Notes under the pieces: generated by a model
Seen by the model: the letters and a program-made list of their open reading frames with translations, nothing else
Told to the model about the DNA's origin: nothing
Database searches by the model: none
Position numbers and translations under genes: made by a program
Assembly: GCF_003704095.1 (NCBI RefSeq)
Contig: NW_020843601.1
Span: 186,001 to 250,000, forward strand
Reading direction: 5' to 3'
Origin: Pocillopora damicornis
Taxonomy: Eukaryota
DNA length: 64,000 bases
Shown here: piece after piece, positions 25,529-37,041 of the stretch
Position numbering within the stretch: the stretch's first letter is position 1
How the letters are laid out: each line of letters begins with the position of its first letter

Positions 25529-26002
25529 ATGGCTGTAAAGATAACCAGCATTTTTCTGGTCTGCATCCTCACCACCTTGAGCACTTTGGCAGTTGGCAAG
25601 AAACTCTCGTTCAAAAAATGTGGAGGGTACTCGGATATCGAATCTGTGGATATCCCTTCCTGTTCATCGGATCCGTGCGTTTTTGAAATCGGTTCAACTA
25701 TCAATGCCTCCATGTCCTTCACTCCTAGTGAAATGGTAGAAAAAGGAACGATAAAAGTGTTCGTGTTGGCTTTTGGGTTGCGTGTGCCTTTTCCGTACCC
25801 CGACAATGATGTATGCAAAAATCACGGGCTGGTGTGTCCACTGAAATCAGAGCAGCAGTACGACGCAAAAATGTCCCTGTATCTAAAGGACATCTTTCCA
25901 CACTTTCACTTGAAAAAAGCAAAAGCAGAAATTATGGCGAAAGACCAAAGCCTCAAAACGATTTTTTGCTTCCAAATAGATGTCATATTCAAGTACAAAT
26001 GA
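25529..26002 (+). CDS. Intronless NPC2-like (ML domain) protein 2, 157 aa
   Basis: Signal peptide MAVKITSIFLVCILTTLSTLAVG; KKC, SCSSDPC, VPFPYP, DVCKNHGLVCPL, FCFQI; NAS sequon. Confidence 0.93.
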   Translation: MAVKITSIFLVCILTTLSTLAVGKKLSFKKCGGYSDIESVDIPSCSSDPCVFEIGSTINASMSFTPSEMVEKGTIKVFVLAFGLRVPFPYPDNDVCKNHGLVCPLKSEQQYDAKMSLYLKDIFPHFHLKKAKAEIMAKDQSLKTIFCFQIDVIFKYK

Positions 26003-26559
26003 ATTCGTTCATCTTTTCTATGAACGAGTGTGAACTGGCGACGCTTGACGAAAATATTCAGTTTGATCCTTAAATATTGTAACAGCAAACAGTGCACAAA
26101 TTATATACCCGGATTACTGATCAGAGAGGAGAACATTAGATTAATCAATCAGACATTTAGCTTTCCTGCAGGAATTCCTCGCGATTACAACATGAGATGT
26201 GAAAAATGCTACTGTATTTTTGAAATTTTGCTTTCCCTTTGATCTATTTTGCTCGCCTGCTTGATTTTTATGCTGTTGATGATCTTTGCATTAAATAAAT
26301 TTATTCAAACTATCATTGTTAGTGTATTTTTGGGGCGGGAAACATTTAATCAGTTTTGGCATATTTCAATCTTTCTTTCCTGGTTTCGCTTTACATGACA
26401 AAATTTTCGCCAAAAAGCGTCGTAAAAAAAAAAAAACGCAAAACACAAAAAGCGAACAGATTGCTGAGGAACAGAAGCAAAAACCGGTTGATCAAAAACA
26501 GGGGAAAATTCACCAGTGGAAAGGTGACTTTACATCCCACCCTTATCACGTGCGGTTGA

Positions 26560-26768
26560 CCCTTTAGCTCCCAAGATCTGATCGTAGATTCTCCCCTCTA
26601 GCTCCTACAAATTTCCTTGAAAATAAGTAACATGACAAGAATTTGATGTTAGACCAAGAAAACAACTTTTGCCTGAAAAGTTTGAGTATTCTCATTACCT
26701 GTTTGGTGGATTATGTATGGATATTACAAGGAGAACTTACATGTTAATCACTTCTGGGAGTTAAAGGG
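26560..26768. mobile_element. TTAA-type MITE family B, 120 bp upstream of the transporter ATG
   Basis: ccctttagctcccaaga...tctgggagttaaaggg|TTAA. Related copies at 41688-41890, ~43425-43625 and, inverted, ~54862-55066. Confidence 0.75.
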
Positions 26769-26888
26769 TTAAAGCTGGTCACGGTTTCTCCCTGAAATAT
26801 CACGCAATACCCAGCCAGTATGTACCCACCCCCGGTAAGGAACTGTTCGATGATTATTTCCCACAACGCCCTGCGCACTAACCAAAAC

Positions 26889-29800
26889 ATGGAGGACGAA
26901 GCTGAGCTAGAGGAATGTGGAAACGATGAAGATAATTTGCTCTCAGAAAGCCTCGATTTTCAGAGCTCAACAATCGGCAGTAAAGGGGGAAGAAAATGGA
27001 AACTTCTTGTGTATCTTCAATGTTGTAAGTTTAATTCCAAGCAAACTGCTTTTCGGTACGAAGTTACAAACTTTTTAACATAGTTGCAACACCTAAATTA
27101 CTCTACTAAATTAATAATGAGCATGTGGACTTCCCTTATTTCGGCAGTGACTGCTTCGTCTTCTTATTGCCCGAGATAAACTGGTTTTTCTCAAACTCAA
27201 ATTTGCTTATTAGTGGGAAGCATGTCCGCATAACGCCTTAAATAATTGTTAAAATTTCATTGCATTCGTTCTCTTGGTGTTACGTTTTAGATTTTTCAAC
27301 CATTGCAGCCGTTTTGGGAACTGGTATTATAGGTGAGTGGCTCTAACCCTTTTGCTCCCAAGATATCAAAGGTTAACTCCTTACTGTCTGCTGCAAAATT
27401 GTTGTGATGTTAGACTTGAGAATTTGGTCTTGGATCAACTTATGAAATCTCCCCTAATTGATATTTTTCTTAATTCTCATCACTTGTCTTGATTGCTTGA
27501 TATTATTTTGATATTGTAAGGAGAAATCCTGTCTTGGTCACTCATTGGAGCTTAGGATGATTTTTCGATTGCTATTCTGAAAATAACTTGTCTTGAGATA
27601 GACTGCAGTGTTGTTCAAACAGGAGGCCCATGTCTGAACAGAAAGAAGTATTTTGATGGGTCTTTATATTTGTGAATATGCTTTAAGGCTCCTCAAGGCA
27701 CTACCGGTACACAGTGATAGGATAAACATCAATAAAATTATCATCTGCTGCAAAATAGAGTGATTTATTATATCCATTTTAAAATCTCTGGTGATTCTTG
27801 TAATCTGATTGACTCTCATTGGTGCAATTTATTCATAAATCACACCATTTTTTTCCCCTAAATTGCATCTTTTTCCCATCCACTGAGGAAGCTGCTCTTT
27901 ATAAAACAATCAGTAGCTTGTTTAAGGAAACCAATCAAATTGCAGGAAAATGAAGAACAACTTTTGCAACTTTATACAAACCAGCTCAGTACTGGATCAA
28001 AAACATTTGGCCTGTTTCTCAAGCAATGAATTTTACAATTTCAAAATGAGTTCAGGAAAGTGATAATTGAACTTAGTGTTGTGCAATTTTGGTCTGATTA
28101 ATCGTACTTGTGGTTTCAAATCAAACTCATGCTAGGCACTTGGGTGATTTTTAAATCTCTCATATGATTTCAGCATAAACTGCACAACAAGAAGTTCAAT
28201 TACCATCATAAATGGTCTTGGATTTAGGTTTTTTTAAAAACTAAGAGTTTGATGTTAAAAGATATGCTTTTTATTACTAGGGTTTCCATTGGACCTTTCT
28301 CAATCAGGATATTTGCCTGTTATAGTGGTACTTTTGACTGAGACTCTTGTACAGGTAAGATGAAGGCTAGATGTGATTTCTGGTTTTGCCAAGGATTATC
28401 TAGGAAGCAGGCTCTGATAGGTAAAGTCTGCACTTAAGCTAAGTGGCCCACCCAGGTGGGGCTAATCCTGCTTTCCCTAGCATTAAGGGACTAGGAGTAT
28501 CACTACTCCCCCCCTAGATGGGATACCAGTCCATCACAAGGTTACACCCCACAATTTTGCAAGGCTTCCCTGACAATTTGCAGATACCCATTCATACTCC
28601 TGGATGGAGAGAGGTACTGTTAGTTAAGAGGAAAGGGTTTTCCCCAAGAATACAACACGATGACTGCTCCTGGTCTTGAACCTAGACCTCTTGACCTGGA
28701 GTCCAGCGCACTGACCATTAAGTCACTACATGTGCCGCTCTCGTTAGTGTTGTAACATAAGTGGCTTTGCCCACAAGGTTGTTTCTATTCACAAATCATA
28801 AGATTATCAACATTGCTAATCCTAGTAGTATGCAGGATGCATGTCATACGAACTTCATAATAGACCTCGCTCACCATAAAGTCTCTGTGGCTCAGTGGTA
28901 GAGGATTCAAAAGGGGATCATGGAATCTGAAGGTCGGGGTCAGATTCATCATGGGGACTCAGAATTTTTTCTTTGTCCCACGCTCATAAAAAGATGAAAA
29001 AAACAACTTTTTCTATTTCTTTACAAGCTCAAAACTTACTATCTTTCCTATTTTATTTACAAGATTGTTTAAGTCGCCAGCAGACCTTCTGTAAAATTAA
29101 TCTATCTTGCAGAGAGTCTACTTGCAAAGAACTTGAAATTTGTCTGCAGTGGTTGTTGATATTTTTTCATTTTGCTGGATAACCACAGCAGATCTGGTCA
29201 TTTGCATGTATGCCTGGGTGGAATACAGCGCTCCAAGCAACAACTGTTTAGATTGTAATAGCATGTAGAAAAAAAAGGTATTTTCAAGAATGTCCAAAAT
29301 TACATTAACAGGTTAAACAATGTACCCAATGCGGGGAGAGATTATGATCTTGTGCCCAAAGTTAAATGTATAGGTACAGGGTGATGAAGTACTTAGAGAT
29401 ATTTGTTGCCAAATATTCATTAAGTACTCTTTTGTCTAATAATTTTGATCTTTATTATAATTATAATGTGTTGTTCTCAACTGGCAGATTTTGATAGTGT
29501 TATATTTCCTGGAGCTGTTACAAAGAAGCTATCAAGCTAATAGACAAGATGTCTTTGAAGCAAATGTCGTAAGTCTTGTATTGAATTCTGCTAGCATGTT
29601 ACTCTCCAGACAAGAAAGTTCAACAGTTGCCAGGATCAACCACAAGGGGTTGACGTTGCTTTTTTTTTTAACAATTCTTAATTCTTTTCTTTTGACACAT
29701 TTAGCTGACAGAGGAGGAAGATGTTCCCCTGAATGATATGGAGTCAAATGATGATGAGGAACAAAATGCTAAATCAGAAATGGACCTGGAGCTCTGCAGA

Positions 29801-32800
29801 AATGACAAAGGTTGGAAGATTTTAATACTTGTAATTTTGTCCTTGATACCTATTTAACTGACTCCATGTTACTCAAAACCTCATCATCAGTAACCTCCGC
29901 TTTACTTCATTTCAATATTTGGTCTTTAAAGTATAACCTTTGGGAACAACATTGCATTTTGTGCATCCTGAAATATCTAGTTATGAGGTTTCACATTCAC
30001 AGCCTAAAACTTGTCTTTTTATAATAATCCATCCTTGGAAATACTTGAAACATTGTGTGGTTTGCTGGATGGGTTTGGCAGGGGGTTGAAAAACCATCTG
30101 TAAGTGACCCACCTCACAAACAGAAGCTTGACCAGGATTGTTTTTAATCACTTTTATTCTTTACCAGACCTTCTGTAATTTAAAAGTTTAAAAGTTTGAG
30201 TGGCTGTCTATTAAGCTTGGGAAGTCTTTCATTAATAAATTCACAGAAGATGTGGTAGTTTGATAATTAGCAAGCTGGACGGTGAATTGAGAGGTCTGGG
30301 TTTTAAACCCTGTCTTGGTTATTATGTTGTGTTTTTGGGCAAGAAAATTTACTCTAAATTGCAGTATCTCTCACCATCCAGAAGTTTTACATGGGTATCA
30401 ATGAACTGTTAGGAAATGCTGGGAGCAGAGGGGGAGGAAATGAACTAGTATCTTGTCCAGGGGAAGAAGTAATACACCCAATCACTTCATGCTATGGAAA
30501 GTGGTGTAAGTTCCCACATTGTGGATCAGTCTTGGCTCAAGTGCTGACTTTACCACAAATTTACAAACTGTTCTGCAATGATGTAGTATCCTGGCCAGGG
30601 GAAGGAGTGATAAAACCAATCACGTCTATGAAAAGTGGTATAAGTTCCTGAATTGTGGATCAGTCTTGGATCAAGTGCTCACTTTGCCATAAATTTACAA
30701 ACTATTTTTATGCGTTATGGTTGTCGTGTGCTCTCTTGCAGACATAGAGGATGGGGCAGACTTGTTAAGGACAACAGATGGTCAGGATCCAATCAAACAT
30801 TGTCCCTCTCTTCACACAATGGCTGAGCTTTTCCTGCAAAATGGCACCAAGCAGTTGTTTAAAGTGATTGTGCTGCTGATGTTGTAAGAACTTTTTTTAA
30901 AATGGTCCTCGCTTTCTTTGCTGTGCAAACATAATCACTGGTATGATTACAGACTGAATTAGACTCCTCATCACACCAAAGTTTTTTCAATCTATGACTA
31001 ATTTTTGTTATTTTGTAGTCCAAATGGCGGTGCAATCCAGTGATTGGTTGTAATACAATGCCTATACATTTTTAAAATATTTCAGTTCTCAGTTTTGAGA
31101 ATTTCTGAGAATGTCAGAAAATATAGTATAAAATTTCTTCTTTTGATGTTTTTAGTGTCTCTGTTCTCATCAATTATGCTCTTGCTGGGAGTCAGGCTTG
31201 TTTGCAGCTTCTGAATCTTAGGTGTGTGTTCTGCATTTTGCCTGTTGCATGCATCAGTAAATCTGCAGTTAATCTATTCAAAGTGCAAAAATTATTCCAT
31301 CTTCTTGTGGAATTCTTTGTTTTTCTCATCAGGAGCTTATTTATGACATGATAATTGTATCTCAAAGGGTTGCAAACGATTTAAACTAGAGCTTTTTGCA
31401 CATATTTTTATATTAATTTAATTTTGAGCTTGAAGGCAATCTATTTATTTAAAGTTAATCTGCCAAATCAAATCTTGTCTCAAGAAAACCAAAAGCCACC
31501 CACTTTAAAAACTTACCATGAATTTTATTGTGAATCTCTCATTTTAAAAATGATTTTCATTTTTCAATTTGACTGTTACTGAATTACAAAATACTTTATT
31601 TGATAGCTTGGTATGTTCACTTAAAATGTTGTTACAATGATAAGTTATGTCATTCAAAGCAAGTTTTGGATTCCATACAGTGAGACAAGATACAAAACAA
31701 AAGAGATTATCCTTTTTCTTTTAAATTCACAGGGTGGATTATGGAGTAACAGTCTTAGTTTGGAGCTGTGCATTCCTGATTATCTTTATTAATTTCTGTG
31801 TCCTACCATTCGTTTCTTTGCTAACATTTGGGGGAGGATGCTTGATCCTTGCTGTCACCGTAAGTACATAGTTCTGTAGTCTGACTGGGTAAAAATCAAT
31901 AACGAGAATTCTAAGTCAGATTTTATAAATTAATCTTCATTATAAAGGCTTTTGTCCACTGTACCCAAGATGAATTGGAATTTGTCACAAGTTGTTGGGT
32001 TTTATGCCATATATGTTTCTTTTCATGTCAGTTTGAAGTATTCAGATGAGTTTGTCAAAAAATGTAGCAACTGCCTTCCTTGACAGATGGGTTTAATAGA
32101 TTTGAATTCAACATGGTTGAAAGTTCAATGAGCAATAACCAAGGGATGATTGACACTTAACTGATTTCTTTTGATAATATGTTTAAAAAAATTAAAAATA
32201 ATATTTAAAACATATTTTTCTAAGTTTACATTGTTGAATTTTTTAAAGAACATTTTGCTTTCTGCTTTTCATCACTTCTTCAACTTACTCTACTGTCAGT
32301 GACAATTTATAGATTTATATTAATTATTAGTGAGATTGAATCAGCAAAAATTTTTTTTCCAGGTTTGGGCAACTTTGAAGCTAGAGAGCCACATAATCAG
32401 TGTTCCAATTTTTGGTGAATTGAAATATGTTGGTCAGCCTTTGGTTTCTGGCACAATTACAATGGGTGAGTGTACTCTAGTGATCAGTTCACCTAAAGAG
32501 AACAATAATTGTTCATTTATATTTATAACTGAGGGAACTATGTGAAGGGTTTTGGCCTGGGTACTATCTCTTTTGCAATATTTTGGGATGTGTGGTGGGA
32601 TTGATAGTGATAGGGTTGGAAGATGGATTCTCATAACTGCACAGTTTAAGATATTTGCAATCCTTTGACTTTTATATAATTTGAATAAATTTTCAGGAGT
32701 GATTGTCAACATCCTCCCAGTGCTTTTTGCAAAAATGAAGCCTTGCATTTCAGAGGTAAGGAGCAAACTAAAATAAATTTGACCTTGCAAATATTACTCT

Positions 32801-35728
32801 TTTTGTTTAAATTAATAATTACTACTTGTGTAAATGAAATATCAAAAAACTGTGTAATGTAAATTGTTCATAACTAAATCAGGGATGTGGGTTGAAATAA
32901 GTGAAAAAAATTCAAAATCAGAAATTCTTTTTTGCTTCAAATTTTCACAGATTCGTTGGTTTTATGGATCTGTTATTGCTGGAGTGTTGACCTATGTAAC
33001 AATTACCACTTTTTGGTTAGTATCTTCCTTTTTTTCCCTTGAAATTGAAAAACTGTTTCAACATAACATTTTAAAATTGATAGAAATTATTTCTTTCAGG
33101 GTTGCAAGATATGGTGTTACTTATCCCTTAGCAAAGGTACTACACTTTTTCTGTGCTGTTTCACCAATCACTTTGTTTTAAATCTCTTGAAATCTTCCTA
33201 GACTATAGATTAAGAGGTCAAGGGTTCAGACACCCCCTGGATTATGGTGTTGTGTTCCTGGGCTAACCTCTTTACTCTCCCCATGCCTCTCTCCACCCAG
33301 GAGCATAAATGGGTACTGGTGATTGTTAAAGGAAGCTTGATGAAATGCTGGGGGGAGGGGGGGGGGTAATACTCCTGGTCATTTCATGCTATGGAAACTG
33401 GAATAAGCTCCATCTGGATAAGCCACTTGCCATGAGTACAGACTTGTTTCCAATACCCTTCATCCTGATATATCACGAAGGTTCTCTTTGTTTCTTTCTA
33501 TTTTGTCTACCTCACAGATTGTAGGATCAAACTACCCAACCCATGGTTGGATTCCTCTTCTCATTCAAATATCGTTGATTATCAGTGTAACGGTCTCATT
33601 TTTTACAATGGGAACAGGATTGAAACACATGAGTGAGTAGATTGCAACATAGAACCTTCTAGCACTGCAAGGAGAGATAAAATACTGATTAAGTTAATTG
33701 TTTCATTTGGGACTTTAAGTGTAACCTTGTGGGGGAGGGCAGACATTTTTCAGTCATTTTATAATGGTGAAAGCTCATGTAAAATTTGAAACAGATTTTC
33801 AAAAATGATGTAGAGCAAGCTGTTATTTTGCCTTAACCCTGCACTTCTTCAACTCATAGAAAGATTTCTCTGCAGGGTGGTGTAAAGTACATCTTACATT
33901 GTGTAGTTGTGTATGCTTTTGAAAGTTGACAGTTTCCACCCTCCCCCTCCCTGGCTCAGAGAGAGATTCCTTTGCAGGGTGGTGTGGAGTACAGCTTACA
34001 TTGTGTAGTATATATTGCTTGTTACAGTCCAAAGATTCCACCCTCCCCCTCCTCAACACATAGAGAACTTTCTCTGCAGGGTGGTGTGGAGTAAATCTTA
34101 CATTGTATACTATATATTGCTTGTTTAAGTTGACAGTTTCCACCCTCCCCCTCCTCAGCTCATAGAGAAATTCCTCTGCAGGGTGGTGTTGAGTACAGCT
34201 TACATTGTGTAGTTGTATATTGCTTGTTTTAAGTCAACAGTTTCCACCCTCCCCCTCCAAAGCTCATAGAGAGATTCCTCTGCAGGGTAGTTAGGATTAC
34301 ATTTTACATTGTGTAGTGTTCATTACATGTTGCAGTTGACAGCTGGTTCAACACATTTTATCCAACGGCTGCAACGTCCTGGCAAAACACCAAACGGGAA
34401 GGAATCTACTGCTGCGCTAATATCAGATGGTCAGTGATGAAATGAGTTGGAAATGTTCATTTTCTCACCGTTTTCCATACAATACTTTTTTATTGTATTT
34501 ATAAGAATCTGGTTTCACCCCAGAGATTTATGCTTTCCATCAGTTCTTAACACATTTCTGTTTGACTATTGACTAGCATCTAATTCCACCTTACAATATC
34601 ACCCCTTAACACGAGAATAAAGGAAATGACCACCAACTTTAGGAGCTCTTGATTATTAAACAAATTCTCCTTGTCAGCACCTTAGGAAATGTATAGAGAC
34701 CAGTTTGGAGAATATGCATACTGATGGTAGGGTGTAAAGGTTGAACTCTGACTTGATGGTGGTAGGGGAAGTGAGAGGTTGATCTAAAGAAGTTTGCTTC
34801 TTATAAATTTTGACAGGTTGATGAAGATTTTCATACTTTTATCACTGTTTGGATTTGTTTTTGCTGTCGCGGTACTGAACCCTGTGGTGAGTGACTCTAT
34901 GCTTTCTCTCTACTCCCTGTTACTTTCATTCGTTACACTACCCACCCCTCCCTTATGACAGGATAACTGGCGTTCAAATTTTTTTTCAGGGCACTGCTTT
35001 AGTTTCAGGAAACGTTGCATCCTTGACATCGATTGCTGAATTAGGTGTTTTTCTTATTGTAATGCTGCGACGAGCACATAGTTTGGATTTCAGGTGAGAT
35101 TTAGAACCTTAGCTTATTTCTTTGCAAGTTGTTTCGCTAAAGACCAAGACCTAGTTGTTCCAAGGATGATAACGCTATCTAACGGATAAACTACTATACA
35201 GCGGATAAGTGTCAACAAAACTTTCTGCACTATCAACTGAATAGAGATTTATCCACTCAATAGTGTTATCCTCTCTTTGAAATTTGGGAATCTGACCATG
35301 GACTTTGGGGAACCGACTAGTTAGCTACGGTTCGTCTGAGCGCAAACCTTTGCTCGTATTCACCGTTGTTGTTATTTTCTTGTTGATGCTGTTGTTTTGC
35401 GACACTAGAATGAAGAAGCCAAGAACGTCTCGTTTACTTATTTTTTTTCCTCAGCCATCTGCATGTTCCTGTTCGTCTGTCACGTTATCTGTATCACCTG
35501 CAGTACCCTGTTATCTTGTACTTCCTGGTCGCTTTTGTCTTCAACATCACTGAGGTCGTTCAGTTATCACTCTACGGCGACCCTTTGTCATCAAGTCTCA
35601 CTCCACAGGCAAACCAGTCTTTTCCATCACTGATTAGCTCTGCTGAGGCTAACTCGAGCCTTGCAAGTTCACATAGCAGGCAATGGCGTATTCAAGACAA
35701 GTCGATGACCAACGCGACGTTGTATTAA
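26889..35728 (+). CDS. Multi-pass amino-acid permease (APC superfamily; AAAP or Trp/Tyr-permease-like), 17 exons
   Basis: In-frame GT-AG exons 26889-27024, 27291-27332, 28281-28354, 29488-29568, 29705-29810, 30742-30883, 31156-31221, 31733-31859, 32363-32465, 32697-32755, 32951-33015, 33100-33136, 33518-33632, 34336-34429, 34817-34886, 34990-35093 and 35455-35728. TM1 signature YFSTIAAVLGTGIIGFP..SQSG; also LINYALAGSQ and ISVTVSFFTMGTGL; about 11 hydrophobic segments. Confidence 0.8.
28418..28730 (-). mobile_element. tRNA-derived SINE
   Basis: The minus strand reads tggtcagtgcgctggactccagg...ggttcaagacc (A/B boxes), followed by a conserved tgttgt.ttcttggg...ctctctcca.ccagg...atgggta body. 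Related copies at ~30255-30555 (+), ~33200-33445 (+), ~42360-42590 (-) and ~49485-49735 (+). Confidence 0.75.
33835..34345. repeat. ~102-bp tandem repeat, 5 units, in transporter intron 13 and overlapping the next acceptor
   Basis: Recurrent ccaccctccccctcc...tagaga..ttc.tctgcagggtggtgt..agtac..cttacattgtgtag...agttgacagttt. Confidence 0.9.
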
Positions 35729-35868
35729 AAATCCTAAGAAAACCACGACAACGGCGGTGACGTCATTGTAAACCAACTGTTTAGGCATGTGGAGATTTCC
35801 CCCCATTGCAAGTTCGCCCGCTACCATTACTGCGAGTTCGCCAACTTGCAAATCTACCGCCGCGTTAA

Positions 35869-36074
35869 CCCCATAACCCTTAAGAGGGACTAGCATCTAA
35901 TTTCTCCTTACAATATCACACCAGAATCACACATTAAGGTCATGAGAATCAAAGAAATGATCATCAACTTAAGAAGCTCTTGATTATTAAATAAATTCTC
36001 CTTGCCGGTACCTTAGGAAATATTTAGCGGACAGTATGGAGAATCTGCATACTAATGTTAGAGTTAGGGTAAGG
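35869..36074. mobile_element. TTAA-type MITE family C
   Basis: TTAA-flanked; body gactagcatctaatttctccttacaatatcac...aaattctccttg...ccttaggaaat...cagtatggagaat. Copies at ~9690-9812, ~34570-34743, 41619-42029, 51894-52094 and ~53800-53962. Confidence 0.8.
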
Positions 36075-37041
36075 TTAAAAAAAGTAAGGATAACCGACGC
36101 ATAACTTCAGCGCGAGTGATACAAATCCGCTATATTACTCCAGTCTTAATCTAACTGGTTTGGCACTGTTATAATTCTGAAGTGCTGACCAACGTACTTT
36201 TTCTGTACTGATAAAGATGAGGACGAGCTAGTTTACCTTAGGGGGCGAACTTGCAACGGAGCGAAACCTCCATAAAGCAATGTCTACTCACTCAGAGATT
36301 TGATTATTTATATAATTTAATATTTATTGCATTTAATCGGTAGGTAGATAGGTGTAAGTGTGTTTTGAACTTTGTAACAACACAAAAAAATTCAAGAGTT
36401 TTCATGTTCTAGTCAATAACTTTAAAACAATTTTTTTATTGGTTCAAGTTGCTTGGCGAGCAGTTAATGCGTTCCTTTAAAGGTATACGCTAAGCGTGAA
36501 TTATGCGATCTCTTGTTAAGAAATGCCTGTGTCACAGGTGATAATATTTAAGATAGTTATTTAGGTTACTACAGACGTGTACTAGTTAGAATTAATAACC
36601 GCGGGCAAATTTCATAAATTCTAAATCTAGCTTTTTTACAAAAACCAAATATTTCTCAGTAGACAGATGTTGATAATAAAATAATTCACTCAAATTGTGG
36701 AAACTTCACTTCACTGTCTGCATCGAAACAAAATCAGCCTAAAACAGCAAGAAGCACGAAAATTTCTGCGGGGTTTAACGTTCGCAGATTGTCCTTGAAT
36801 CGTAATTTTTAACATAGAATATGAGCAGCCAGCTTTTACAGCGAAAAAAAATTGATGTTGAGGCGACGCGGAGAGCCCTGGGAGCGAGGTGCTCGACAGA
36901 GCTCCCCGCGGTATGCAATCATCAAATTTTTTTCGCTCGACGGACTTCGCCGAAAAGGAGGGACTTCTCGTAGTCACTAATAGCAATGAAAATAAAGTTT
37001 TCCTAGATTATTCTCGAGCGAATCAAAACACTAGGTGTTTC

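Noticed and set aside
30447-30705. Local ~120-bp direct duplication
   Set aside because: It is a duplicated SINE 3' end plus flank within an intron, with no sign of function.
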